From: an uncultured Candidatus Saccharibacteria bacterium
Lineage (GTDB): Bacteria > Patescibacteriota > Minisyncoccia > Minisyncoccales > Staskawiczbacteraceae
Length of the DNA: 64,000 nucleotides
NCBI GenBank assembly: GCA_964479955.1
Contig: CAYZNK010000002.1
Span: forward strand, 7,489-71,488
Direction: 5' to 3'
Shown: piece after piece, positions 49,233 through 58,490 of the stretch
Position numbering within the stretch: the stretch's first letter is position 1
Layout of the letters: the number at the start of each line of letters is the position of its first letter
The notes under the pieces: generated by a model
Told to the model about the DNA's origin: nothing
Seen by the model: only the letters and a program-made list of their open reading frames with translations
Database searches by the model: none
Program-made: the position numbers and the translations under genes

Positions 49233-49862
49233 ATGAAATACGATCAATGTAAAACTTGCAGAAGATTAGGACAAAAACTCTTTTTAAAAGGGGATCGTTG
49301 TTTTTCGCAGAAATGTGCAATGTTAAAAAGAGCATATGCACCAGGTTTGCAGAAAAAGAGAAAGGGCGGGAGCGCTTCGGCTTATAAAAAATCATTGGAA
49401 GAAAAGCAATCTCTAAAGAAGTGGTATGGGGTTTCAGAAAGACAGTTTAAAAAATATGTTTTGGAAACTTTGTCCAAAATGGGAAAAGTTGAAAATGTTT
49501 CAAACGAACTTATCAAAAAACTGGAGCAGAGGTTGGATAATGTAATTTTTAGGCTGGGATTTGCAAAATCAAGGGCGCATGCGAGGCAAACAGTTTGTCA
49601 CAGTCATTTCTTAGTTAACGGAAAAGCTATCAATATCGCATCTTATCAAGTAAAGAAAAACGATGTTATTACAATAAAGCCAACCAAAAAAAATAAGGGA
49701 GTATTTAAAGATTTAGCAGAGGATTTAAAGAAAAAAGAAGTGCCCGCATGGCTTGTGTTAAATAAGGAAAAATTAGAAGGAAAAATATCCGGAGAGCCAA
49801 ACATAGATGAGGTAAAGCCTCCGGCAGAGATTTCAACAATTTTCGAATTTTATTCACGTTAA
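49233..49862 (+). CDS. rpsD: 30S ribosomal protein S4
   Basis: CKTCRRLG.KLFLKGDRC; S4 RNA-binding domain LDNVIFRLGFA.SR..ARQ.V.H.H..VNG. Confidence 0.95.
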   Translation: MKYDQCKTCRRLGQKLFLKGDRCFSQKCAMLKRAYAPGLQKKRKGGSASAYKKSLEEKQSLKKWYGVSERQFKKYVLETLSKMGKVENVSNELIKKLEQRLDNVIFRLGFAKSRAHARQTVCHSHFLVNGKAINIASYQVKKNDVITIKPTKKNKGVFKDLAEDLKKKEVPAWLVLNKEKLEGKISGEPNIDEVKPPAEISTIFEFYSR

Positions 49863-49880
49863 TTTTAATCAATTTAATTT

Positions 49881-49951
49881 TAGATTTTTGGGATGCAAGG
49901 CGATAGCCCTTCGACTACGCTCAGGGCTGATATCTGCAGACTAAAAATCTA
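49881..49951 (+). promoter_or_regulatory. multi-stem structured element upstream of rpoA (related inner hairpin)
   Basis: Outer stem tagattttt / aaaaatcta. Inner hairpin AGCCCT-tcgactacgctc-AGGGCT has the same TCG...CTC loop ends as copies a-c. Confidence 0.4.
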
Positions 49952-49957
49952 CAAAAA

Positions 49958-50929
49958 ATGATTTCACTTCCATTACCGCCAAAAGTAATTCAAAAGAAGA
50001 AAAATCAGGCAGTATTTGAAATAGAAGGATTGTATCCCGGATACGGAGTTACAATAGGAAACGCCTTAAGAAGGGTGCTGCTTTCATCTCTGCAGGGAGC
50101 CGCAGTTACTGAAGTTAAAATAAAGGGTGTTCCTCACGAATTTTCAACTATGCCGGGCATTTTGGAAGATGGGATAATGATTCTTTTGAATATTAAAAAT
50201 TTAAGATTTAAAATTTTTGAAGGAGATTCCCATAAGGTGGAATTAAAGGTGAAAGGAGACAAGGTTATAACAGGGGGAGACTTAAAGGTCCCTTCCCAGT
50301 TAAAAATTGTCAATCCTGAATCACACATTGCAACAATAACCGACAAGAACACTGAGTTTGAAATGGAACTTTTGGTTGAAAAAGGAATAGGATATGAGCC
50401 AAAAGATAGGAGAAAGAATTCGGGTACAGCCAAAAAGTCTGAGATAGGATCTATTGCATTGGATGCAATATTTTCTCCCATAAGAAATGTAAATTTTCAA
50501 ATTGAAAATATGCGCGTAGGCGACAGGACTGATTTTGATAAGTTGAATTTGGAAATAGAAACAGATGGAACAATCGCTCCCGAAGAAGCTTTTTTTGAGG
50601 CCTGTGATATTTTATTAAAGCATTTCAATATCATTTTTTCTGGAAATCCTGAAGGAAAGGATTCTAATAAAGGAAATAATGACAGTAAAAAAGACGAGTC
50701 TGAAAAAGAGGTTAGTGCTGATGCCGACCCGCTGAAAACTTCTGTTGAGGATATGAAATTAACCGGCAGAACGCTCAATGCCCTGTTAAAGAATAATATA
50801 AAAAACATTGGACAAATCATCAAAAAATCAGAAAATGATTTGCTTGAATTAGATGGAATGGGAGAAAAAGCCATTTCTGAAATTAAGAGAAAAATTAAAA
50901 AAATCGGGTTAAATTTGAAACAAGATTAG
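49958..50929 (+). CDS. rpoA: DNA-directed RNA polymerase alpha subunit
   Basis: N-terminal domain GYG.T.GNALRRVLLSS..GAA; C-terminal domain with L..R..N.L....I..I..L. Confidence 0.95.
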   Translation: MISLPLPPKVIQKKKNQAVFEIEGLYPGYGVTIGNALRRVLLSSLQGAAVTEVKIKGVPHEFSTMPGILEDGIMILLNIKNLRFKIFEGDSHKVELKVKGDKVITGGDLKVPSQLKIVNPESHIATITDKNTEFEMELLVEKGIGYEPKDRRKNSGTAKKSEIGSIALDAIFSPIRNVNFQIENMRVGDRTDFDKLNLEIETDGTIAPEEAFFEACDILLKHFNIIFSGNPEGKDSNKGNNDSKKDESEKEVSADADPLKTSVEDMKLTGRTLNALLKNNIKNIGQIIKKSENDLLELDGMGEKAISEIKRKIKKIGLNLKQD

Positions 50930-50958
50930 AAACATCAACGAATATAGAAAACAGAAAC

Positions 50959-51309
50959 ATGAGAAATTTAAACAAAGGAAAACAGCTTTCATTGAAAAAG
51001 GGGCCAAGAACAGCGTTGTTAAAAACATTGGTCAATAGTTTTTTTCTGCATGAAAAAATTAAGACAACTGAAACAAAGGCAAAAGCTATAAAGCCAATAA
51101 TTGAAAAAATGATAACAAGGGCCAAGAATCCAAGCGTGGCAAACCGCAGGATTTTATCAAAATACGCCACTAAAATAATAACAAAAAAGATAGTTGACCA
51201 GATTGCCCCTATTTATAAAGAAAAATCAGGAGGATACACAAGGATAATAAAATTGGGGCAAAGAAGTTCTGATGGTGCAAAAATAGCAATAATAGAATTA
51301 GTCAAATAA
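50959..51309 (+). CDS. rplQ: 50S ribosomal protein L17
   Basis: R.LVNSFFLHEKIKTTE.KAK; GGYTRI.KLG.R..D. Confidence 0.94.
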   Translation: MRNLNKGKQLSLKKGPRTALLKTLVNSFFLHEKIKTTETKAKAIKPIIEKMITRAKNPSVANRRILSKYATKIITKKIVDQIAPIYKEKSGGYTRIIKLGQRSSDGAKIAIIELVK

Positions 51310-51320
51310 AGTCCCGAATT

Positions 51321-51680
51321 ATGGAAACAATACAAAGAAAAAAAATAGAAATAGATGCGTCTGGCAAAAGCCTTGGAAGACTTGCGGTGCAAGTAGCTGT
51401 TTTACTCAGAGGAAAGAATAAGCCTAATTTTGTTGCCTATATAGATATGGGAGATTTTGTTGTTGTTAAAAATATTGAAAAAATGAAGTTTACTGGTAAC
51501 AAACTGGAAGACAAAAATTATTTTAGATTTACGGGGTATTTGGGAAATATGAAGGAAACTACATTAAAAGAATTTTTAGCAAAAAAAGGCCCTAAAGAGG
51601 TTCTAAGAACAGCTGTAATGGGAATGCTTACAAAAAATAAGTTAAGAAATTTGCAGATTAAAAGACTTAAATTTGAATAA
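51321..51680 (+). CDS. rplM: 50S ribosomal protein L13
   Basis: IDASGKSLGRLA..VA.LLRGK.KP. Confidence 0.94.
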   Translation: METIQRKKIEIDASGKSLGRLAVQVAVLLRGKNKPNFVAYIDMGDFVVVKNIEKMKFTGNKLEDKNYFRFTGYLGNMKETTLKEFLAKKGPKEVLRTAVMGMLTKNKLRNLQIKRLKFE

Positions 51681-51684
51681 AAAT

Positions 51685-52254
51685 ATGGCAGAGAAAAAGA
51701 CAACTAAAAAAACAGCTAAAAAAGCCAAGGAAGAAATTGAGGTTTTAGAAGAAGCTCCGAAAGAGGAAACTTCAAAAATAGAAAATATTTCAGGCGACGA
51801 AATGGCGGAAGAAGATATTTCAAAAGAAATTGCACAGGCTATCAAAGAGAATACCGGAAAGCCCGACCGCTATTTTGAAGCAATTGGCAGAAGGAAAACA
51901 GCTGTTGCCAGGGTTCGCCTTTTCACAAGAGGGGAGAAAGAATTTATTATAAACAATAAACAATATAAAAAATATTTTGTTTCAGTTGAGGACCAGGAAA
52001 TGGCGGTTTCGTCAATGAAAAAAATGAATTGTTTGGATAAGTTCAGGGTAACTGTTATTGTAAGAGGAGGGGGGCATAGGGCACAGGCAGAAGCGATAAG
52101 ACACGGAACCGCAAGAGTGCTTGTTGATTTCAATGCAAACTTTAGAAAGAGGCTTAGGAAAGCAGAATACCTTACAAGAGACCCGAGGATGAGAGAAAGA
52201 AAGAAATTCGGATTAAAGAGGGCAAGAAAATCCCCGCAGTGGTCAAAGAGGTAG
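51685..52254 (+). CDS. rpsI: 30S ribosomal protein S9 with ~60-aa acidic/Lys-rich N-terminal extension
   Basis: GRRKTAVARVRL...GGG...QAEAIRHG.AR....RD.R..ERKK.G..KARK.PQ.SKR. Confidence 0.94.
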   Translation: MAEKKTTKKTAKKAKEEIEVLEEAPKEETSKIENISGDEMAEEDISKEIAQAIKENTGKPDRYFEAIGRRKTAVARVRLFTRGEKEFIINNKQYKKYFVSVEDQEMAVSSMKKMNCLDKFRVTVIVRGGGHRAQAEAIRHGTARVLVDFNANFRKRLRKAEYLTRDPRMRERKKFGLKRARKSPQWSKR

Positions 52255-52257
52255 TAT

Positions 52258-52297
52258 AAAACTAAATTAAAGCCGCCGAAAGGCGGCTTTTAGTTTT
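52258..52297 (+). terminator. rho-independent terminator ending the ribosomal superoperon
   Basis: aaaactaaattaaagccgcc-gaaa-ggcggcttttagtttt. Confidence 0.8.
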
Positions 52298-52304
52298 GAT
52301 TTAC

Positions 52305-52333
52305 TTGATATTCGGGAGCAGATACAATATAAT
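52305..52333 (+). promoter_or_regulatory. candidate promoter of the nuclease gene
   Basis: TTGATA, 17-nt spacer, TATAAT. Confidence 0.55.
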
Positions 52334-52339
52334 AATTTT

Positions 52340-53008
52340 ATGTTGAAAGAACTAATTGATAAATTTTATCTTGAAAACCAAAAAAATAAAGAGCAGACAA
52401 GGTTTTATATAACGGACGCCGGCAAATGTTCAAGGGCTGTTTTTTTTAAATTCAAAAATGCGCCCAAAGAGCCCACCCATCCAAGAATTATGCGTATTTT
52501 TGAGCATGGAGAGAACATCCACAGGTCAATTTTTAATGTTTTGTACAGGTTAAAAATTGGAGTCACCACTGAAATCCCCATACCTTCTCAGGAAATAGTT
52601 TCGGGAAGAGCTGACGCAATTTTATGCATGGATAATGAAAACTATGTTTTGGATATTAAAAGCATAAATAGTATGATTTTCAGGAATTTAGCTTCCCCAA
52701 AGGAAGAAAATATATACCAAATACAGCTTTACATGCATTTTTTTGGGATTAAAAAGGGGATACTGCTTTATGTCGACAAGGACCAGCAGGAATTAAAAGA
52801 GTTTTTTCTCAATTATGACGAAAAATTATGCAACGAACTTATGGGTAAATTCCATGCGCTAAAGAGCCAGATTGAATCTGATATTTTACCTGAGAGGCTG
52901 GGGGACTACCCAAAAAATTGGCAGTGTAATTATTGTGTATTTAAGGAAATTTGCAAGTCGGCAAACGCGGCAGATTTTAAAATAGAAAATAAAGCACAGT
53001 TAGTGTAG
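52340..53008 (+). CDS. PD-(D/E)XK nuclease, Cas4/RecB-like, with 4-Cys cluster (orphan)
   Basis: GKCSRAV...GRADAIL...VLDIKS...YQIQLYMH...WQCNYCVFKEIC (C..CX2CX5C). Confidence 0.8.
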   Translation: MLKELIDKFYLENQKNKEQTRFYITDAGKCSRAVFFKFKNAPKEPTHPRIMRIFEHGENIHRSIFNVLYRLKIGVTTEIPIPSQEIVSGRADAILCMDNENYVLDIKSINSMIFRNLASPKEENIYQIQLYMHFFGIKKGILLYVDKDQQELKEFFLNYDEKLCNELMGKFHALKSQIESDILPERLGDYPKNWQCNYCVFKEICKSANAADFKIENKAQLV

Positions 53009-53011
53009 CTT

Positions 53012-53047
53012 GAAAAAAACGCCGATGTTTTTTCGGCGTTTTTTTTA
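53012..53047. terminator. bidirectional terminator between convergent genes
   Basis: aaaaaaacgccga-tgtttttt-cggcgtttttttt. Confidence 0.8.
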
Positions 53048-53060
53048 TTTTCTTTTTATC

Positions 53061-54458
53061 TTATTGGGCAAGCCTTTCAGAATAATATAAGGTTCCGCCA
53101 TTTAAAACATAGACCTTGCCGTCTTCTGTATTAAAAAATATTTGTGGATTTCTGCTGTCTGCAGAGGGTTCAAAATTAAGAGGGAGCTGAACCTGGTTAA
53201 TGTTTCCCCTGTAATCTATTTCAGAAACTATTATTTTATTTCCTGATTGAAAAACTATATAGTCATTATTAAGCCAATAGCAGTCTGTAATGGTTTCCGG
53301 GTAGTTTGAAGAAAATATTTTTACATTGTTTTCACTGTCAGATACTTTTTTCCCCGCTTTGTCTATAAATGTATAAAGGTATATGCCGGAATTGTTGTAA
53401 TAAACCATATTTTTGTTATCTGGAGAGCGTAGGAGGTCGCAGTTATCTATTGCAACACCAAAGTCTTTAAATTTCATTGTTTCGGAATCATATTCATACA
53501 GAGCTGTGCTTGCCATTAAAAATATTTTTTCTCCCGCAACTTTAATATCGCAGTTTTGGGTGATTGGAAATGAATTTTCTTCTGAAATAAGCGTTTCCAT
53601 TGTCTTGCCTGAAATATCAGACCTGCTTAATATTCCTTCTGTAGAAAGCCAGAGGATGCTGTTGTTTTCAATTTTATAAGACACTAAATTTTTAATTAAA
53701 ATTTCAGCTTTGTCATTTTCGGCCAGGTAGAGAGAGTTGTTCTTTATATAAAAAATTTGTTTTGAATTTTGAGGGTTAAAAGAAATTCCCGAACAATATG
53801 AATTTAAAAAAGAAACGGGAGCTGTTGCCTGGATTTCCTTTGAAAAATCAAGAAGATAGTAGAAAGTACCACTTGAATTTTGCGTTTTTACTATGGCTTT
53901 GTCTGAATTTTCGGACCATATTAAATCAGTGACAGCTGTGTTTTTAAGCGCTAAACTGTATGTTTTTTTATTATTTAAAGAATTTATTTTGAAATATTCA
54001 AAATCAAGCGATTTTGTATTTGACAGCTCGGCTAATATGTATTTTTTATCCGCAGAAAAGAAAAATTGCTCAACATCCCGGGAAATAATATACATGCCGA
54101 TATTTTTTTTGAATAAAACTATATTTTCAAGTTTTGTGACTTCTTTTTCTTTTACTTCAATTGTTTTCTGGTAATCAAAATACCCATCCTTTTTTATAAG
54201 AATGGAATGCTCTTTAGGAATTAAATCCAAAACAAATACGGAATCTGAAAACATTTTTGGTTTTTCTGGCATTTTTGAGTCAATAATAACCTCTGAGGCT
54301 TGCGGAGATGTTCTTATGTAAATCCCTCCCGTTGCTATTATTTCCATTTTTTCAAAGTCAATTTTATATCCCATTGAATATAGTACTATCCATGGAGAGA
54401 GAACCAAAAACAGGGTGATGCACAATCCTAAAACTATAATTCTTGTTCTTTTTTTCAT
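53061..54458 (-). CDS. membrane-anchored PEGA-domain protein with beta-propeller-like C-terminal region
   Basis: N-terminal TM. IRTSPQASEVIIDS...HSILIKKDGYFDYQKTIEVKEKE (PEGA-like), followed by repetitive beta-strand sequence. Confidence 0.7.
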   Translation of the reverse strand: MKKRTRIIVLGLCITLFLVLSPWIVLYSMGYKIDFEKMEIIATGGIYIRTSPQASEVIIDSKMPEKPKMFSDSVFVLDLIPKEHSILIKKDGYFDYQKTIEVKEKEVTKLENIVLFKKNIGMYIISRDVEQFFFSADKKYILAELSNTKSLDFEYFKINSLNNKKTYSLALKNTAVTDLIWSENSDKAIVKTQNSSGTFYYLLDFSKEIQATAPVSFLNSYCSGISFNPQNSKQIFYIKNNSLYLAENDKAEILIKNLVSYKIENNSILWLSTEGILSRSDISGKTMETLISEENSFPITQNCDIKVAGEKIFLMASTALYEYDSETMKFKDFGVAIDNCDLLRSPDNKNMVYYNNSGIYLYTFIDKAGKKVSDSENNVKIFSSNYPETITDCYWLNNDYIVFQSGNKIIVSEIDYRGNINQVQLPLNFEPSADSRNPQIFFNTEDGKVYVLNGGTLYYSERLAQ

Positions 54459-54726
54459 TTTTATATTTTAATTTAATATATCTTGCCTGAATATAGATGG
54501 TTTTTACTCATAGGCCGCATACGGCTATGGATTTTCGTTCGCAAGTTCCTATATTTTAAATTTTACCACAAAAATTTATTTTTTGAATATTGACATATTA
54601 TTTTACCGTGTTATCAAGTCATTGAATAATCAAATTTTTGCAAAAAATTTAAACCTTGCCAAGTTCATTTTTTTAGATTAAAATAAAAATGCCGATACTT
54701 ATTATAATACGTATTGCGCTCATAAA

Positions 54727-55980
54727 ATGGATAAATTTATAATCAACGGAAAAAAGATTCTAAACGGAGAAATTGAAGTAAGGGGTTCAAAAAATTCAGC
54801 AGGTCCTGCCTTGATGGCAGCTTTGCTATCCAAAGAAGAATGCATTATAGGTAATGTTCCTTTTATTGAAGACATTGCAAACATTTTAGATGTTTTTGAA
54901 AGCATGGGAGTGAAGGTAGAAAGAATGGAAAATAATGAAGTAAAGATAAACGCCAGTGTCATTGACCCTGCAAAAATGGATTTAGAAAAGGCTTCAAAAA
55001 CCAGAATTTCAGTTTTGTTTTTTGGCCCGCTTTTGGCAAGAGTCAAAAAATTTAAAATTTCTCCGCCGGGAGGTGACAGGATTGGCTTAAGGCCCATTTC
55101 GGTGCAGTTGAGAGCGCTGGAAAAGATTGGAGCCAAAATCGTCCAAAAGGAAAATTTATATGATGTAGACTGCAAATCTCTGCAGGGAGCTGAAATTGTC
55201 CTTGGAGAATTTTCTGTCACATCAACCGAAACTGTCATGCTGGCTGCTGTTTTAGCAAACGGAAAAACGGTAATAAAGGGAGCTGCCGCCGAGCCCCATG
55301 TTCAGGATTTGGGCCAAATGCTTTTAAAAATGGGCGCAAAAATAGAAGGGCTTGGAACCCATACAATAACAATAATTGGCGTCAAAGAACTGCGCGGATG
55401 CGAACATAAAGTAATATCAGATCCGCTGGAGGCCGGAACATTTATTGTTTTGGGGGCGTTAGGGGGAGGAAAATTAAAAGTTAAGAATGTAAACCCCGAA
55501 CACTTAGATTTGTTTTTGGCAAAACTTGAGGAAATGAATGTTAATTTTGAAAAAGCTGATGATTGTGTTATAGTTTCATATTCGCCAGATTTAAAGCCGG
55601 TAAAAGTTCAGGCGCTTCCTTATCCTGGATTTCCAACTGATTTGTTGCCGATAATAATGCCGCTTTTGTTAAAGGCTAATGGAAAAAGCCTGGTGCATGA
55701 CCCCTTGTATGAAAACAGATTTAATTACGTTCAGCAATTAAGAAAAATGGAGGCTGATATTGAAATAGTTGACCCGCACAGGGCGTTTGTTTTTGGTCCG
55801 TCCAAACTTGTTGGCGCAAAAATTGATTCATGGGATATAAGGGCGGGGGCATGTTTGGTTATAGCCGCTTTATCAGCAGAAGGGCAGACAGTTATTGAAA
55901 ACGCTTTTCAGATTGACAGAGGATATGAAAAGATAGAAGAAAGACTGCAGAAAATAGGAGCAGATATAAAGCGAATTTAA
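54727..55980 (+). CDS. murA: UDP-N-acetylglucosamine 1-carboxyvinyltransferase (Asp at the catalytic Cys position)
   Basis: 417 aa. GSKNSAGPALMAALL. PPGGDRIGLRPI aligns to the E. coli PGGCAIGARPVD loop. Confidence 0.94.
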   Translation: MDKFIINGKKILNGEIEVRGSKNSAGPALMAALLSKEECIIGNVPFIEDIANILDVFESMGVKVERMENNEVKINASVIDPAKMDLEKASKTRISVLFFGPLLARVKKFKISPPGGDRIGLRPISVQLRALEKIGAKIVQKENLYDVDCKSLQGAEIVLGEFSVTSTETVMLAAVLANGKTVIKGAAAEPHVQDLGQMLLKMGAKIEGLGTHTITIIGVKELRGCEHKVISDPLEAGTFIVLGALGGGKLKVKNVNPEHLDLFLAKLEEMNVNFEKADDCVIVSYSPDLKPVKVQALPYPGFPTDLLPIIMPLLLKANGKSLVHDPLYENRFNYVQQLRKMEADIEIVDPHRAFVFGPSKLVGAKIDSWDIRAGACLVIAALSAEGQTVIENAFQIDRGYEKIEERLQKIGADIKRI

Positions 55981-55997
55981 AATTCAAGATTTTTATT

Positions 55998-57005
55998 ATG
56001 CTTCACAATAAAATCGCAATTGATTTAGGAACATGCAATTCTCTTGTTTATGTAAGGGGCAAGGGCGTTGTTTTATATGAGCCTTCGGTTGTGGCAGTTT
56101 CTTTGTCAGAAAACAGAATTTTGGCAGTTGGGGAAGAAGCAAAAGAAATGATTGGCAGAACCCCTGCCGACATCAAGGTTTACAGGCCCCTTAAGGACGG
56201 GGTGATTGCTGATTATAAGGTTACGCAGGCAATGATGCGTTATTTTATGGCTAAGACATCAAGCGGGTTCAAACCTTTTAAGCCCGAGCTTGTAATATCG
56301 GTTCCTGCCGGAATAACAAGCACTGAAAAAAGAGCTGTAATAGAAGCCGCAATGTCAGCTGGAGCAAAAATAGCCTATGTTGCAAAAGAGCCTATTTTGG
56401 CTGCGATTGGGGCGGGTATACCAATTAACTCGTGTTCAGGGCACATGATTATCAATATAGGAGGAGGAACATCCGAAGTTGCTGTCATATCTTTGGGGGG
56501 GATAGTGGCTGCGCATTCAGCCAGGGTTGCAGGAGATAAGATTGACCTGGCAATCGCAGAGTATATAAAGAAAAAATACAATTTAGCTATTGGAACCCAA
56601 TCTGCAGAAGAAATAAAAATAAAAGTCGGTACAGCCTTGCCTCAGAAAGAATTGAAGTTTTTGGAAATACAGGGAAGGGATTTGATTTTGGGTTTGCCCA
56701 GAAACATCAAAATATCCAATAACGACGTATGTGAAGCAATATCGGATGTTTTGGCTGAAATTATCCAGGCGGTAAAATTTGTTTTATCTGAAACCCCTCC
56801 GGAACTTTCGGCTGATATAATGAATAAGGGTATAATAATGGCTGGCGGTGGGTCGTTATTGCCAAAAATAAACGAACTTGTTGCACAAAGCACCGGTGTG
56901 CCGTGTTTTATTGCAGAAGAGCCTTTATTTTGCGTTGTCAAAGGAACCGGAACTGTTTTAGAGCATTTGGATGATTACAAAAAAGTTGTAATGTCAAAAA
57001 AATAA
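55998..57005 (+). CDS. mreB: rod-shape-determining actin homologue MreB (copy 1)
   Basis: IAIDLGTCNSLVY...GGGTSEVAVISLGG...GGGSLL. Confidence 0.94.
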   Translation: MLHNKIAIDLGTCNSLVYVRGKGVVLYEPSVVAVSLSENRILAVGEEAKEMIGRTPADIKVYRPLKDGVIADYKVTQAMMRYFMAKTSSGFKPFKPELVISVPAGITSTEKRAVIEAAMSAGAKIAYVAKEPILAAIGAGIPINSCSGHMIINIGGGTSEVAVISLGGIVAAHSARVAGDKIDLAIAEYIKKKYNLAIGTQSAEEIKIKVGTALPQKELKFLEIQGRDLILGLPRNIKISNNDVCEAISDVLAEIIQAVKFVLSETPPELSADIMNKGIIMAGGGSLLPKINELVAQSTGVPCFIAEEPLFCVVKGTGTVLEHLDDYKKVVMSKK

Positions 57006-57035
57006 AAAATAATATATTATTGTTGTTAAATCGCA

Positions 57036-57875
57036 ATGCCTGATTTAAATGAAAAACAGTGGGATTTTTTGAAAAACAGATATGAGTCCGGGCAATTAGC
57101 TCATGCATATTTGTTTTCAGGGCAAGGGGGCATAGGAAAAAAAGAAACGGCAAAAAAATTTTTAAAATATGTCAATTGTCTGTCTCTGAAAAAGCCTTGC
57201 GGAAACTGTATAAATTGCCAGATGATTGAAAAAGAAAATTTTCCGGATTTAATGACAATAAAGTCGGAGGAATCAGGAGAGATACAAATTGCCAAAATCC
57301 GCGAAGTCCAGAATTTTTTAAATTATAAATCTTATTACGGACACTTAAAGGCAGTTATTGCGGAAGATTCAGAAAAAATGAATCAGGAGGCGCAAAGCTG
57401 TTTTTTAAAAACCCTTGAAGAGCCAAAAGGAAAAACGATTATTTTTCTAATCTCTTCAAAGCCGGAAATATTATTGGAGACAATAAGGTCAAGATGCCAG
57501 CAGATAAAATTTTTTGGCAGGAAGATGCAAGACAAGGGAAGCGAAACGCAGGAAAAAGAGATTTTAAAAGGGATTTTAGCGGTGTCGGGCAAGGATTTTT
57601 CGGAAAAATTCAAATACGCAAAATCTTTGGATTTTGAAAAACAGAAATTAAGCGACATATTGGAGGTTTTTGAAAAATATTTAAGGTATTTGCTGCTCAA
57701 GAAGACTGGCGTAGAAGAAAAAAGCTATTTTTCTGACGTATCGTCTTGTATGGAAAAGTATCCAATTTCAAAGCTTCAGAATGTAATAAACATAACAGAA
57801 GATATAAGCAGCAAATTGTTTTTTACAAATGTCAGCCAAAAATTGGCATTGGAAACATTATTGCTGGAAATTTAA
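57036..57875 (+). CDS. holB: DNA polymerase III delta-prime subunit
   Basis: AHAYLFSGQGGIGKK, Zn module C.NC.NCQ, SRCQ. Confidence 0.85.
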   Translation: MPDLNEKQWDFLKNRYESGQLAHAYLFSGQGGIGKKETAKKFLKYVNCLSLKKPCGNCINCQMIEKENFPDLMTIKSEESGEIQIAKIREVQNFLNYKSYYGHLKAVIAEDSEKMNQEAQSCFLKTLEEPKGKTIIFLISSKPEILLETIRSRCQQIKFFGRKMQDKGSETQEKEILKGILAVSGKDFSEKFKYAKSLDFEKQKLSDILEVFEKYLRYLLLKKTGVEEKSYFSDVSSCMEKYPISKLQNVINITEDISSKLFFTNVSQKLALETLLLEI

Positions 57876-57894
57876 TTAAAAATAAAGTCATTTT

Positions 57895-58449
57895 ATGAGT
57901 TACAAAGATTTTATAGAAAAGGCAAAACCGGAATTTGAAAAATCTTTCAAATTTTTGGAAGGAGAAATGGCAAAAATAAGGACATCAAGGGCTTCTCCTG
58001 CCTTGATTGAAGATATAGAGGTCAACGCATTTGGCTCAAAGTTTGCATTAAAACAGCTGGGGTCAATTTCAACGCCTCAGACAAATCAGATTTTAATACA
58101 ACCCTGGGATGCTTCTTACATTGAGCCGATAGAAAAGGCAATTTCGCAGTCAGGGCTTGGCATGTCGGCAGTTGTGGACAAAAATATAATAAGGCTTAGT
58201 CTGCCCTTGCTTACAGAAGAGTACAGACACCAATTAAGTAAGACCTTGAATGAAAAAGCAGAACAGGCAAAGCAGACAATGCGAAGGGCAAGAGAAGACT
58301 GCTGGAATAAGATTCAGGCTGCTCAAAAGGCAAAAGAAATTTCAGAAGACGATAAATTCCGCGGAAAAGACGAATTGCAAAAAGTTGTTGACGAATATAA
58401 CGAAAAAATAAAAAACCTGTTGGAAAAGAAAAAACAGGAAATCGTGTAG
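57895..58449 (+). CDS. frr: ribosome recycling factor
   Basis: 184 aa; RTSRASPALIEDI.V...G; coiled C-terminal part. Confidence 0.94.
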   Translation: MSYKDFIEKAKPEFEKSFKFLEGEMAKIRTSRASPALIEDIEVNAFGSKFALKQLGSISTPQTNQILIQPWDASYIEPIEKAISQSGLGMSAVVDKNIIRLSLPLLTEEYRHQLSKTLNEKAEQAKQTMRRAREDCWNKIQAAQKAKEISEDDKFRGKDELQKVVDEYNEKIKNLLEKKKQEIV

Positions 58450-58490
58450 CGAAAAACGAATTTCTAATTTATAATTTATAATTCTATTTT

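Noticed and set aside
54508-54560. The GC-rich hairpins (cataggccg-cat-acggctatg; gga-ttttcgttcgcaagt-tcc) in the divergent intergenic region upstream of murA could be a small RNA.
   Set aside because: These are only a short imperfect stem and a 3-bp stem. No promoter/terminator pair could be assigned and there is only a vague resemblance (ttcgttcgc) to the 26239-type element. That is insufficient evidence for a feature call, though it is worth including in a genome-wide motif scan.
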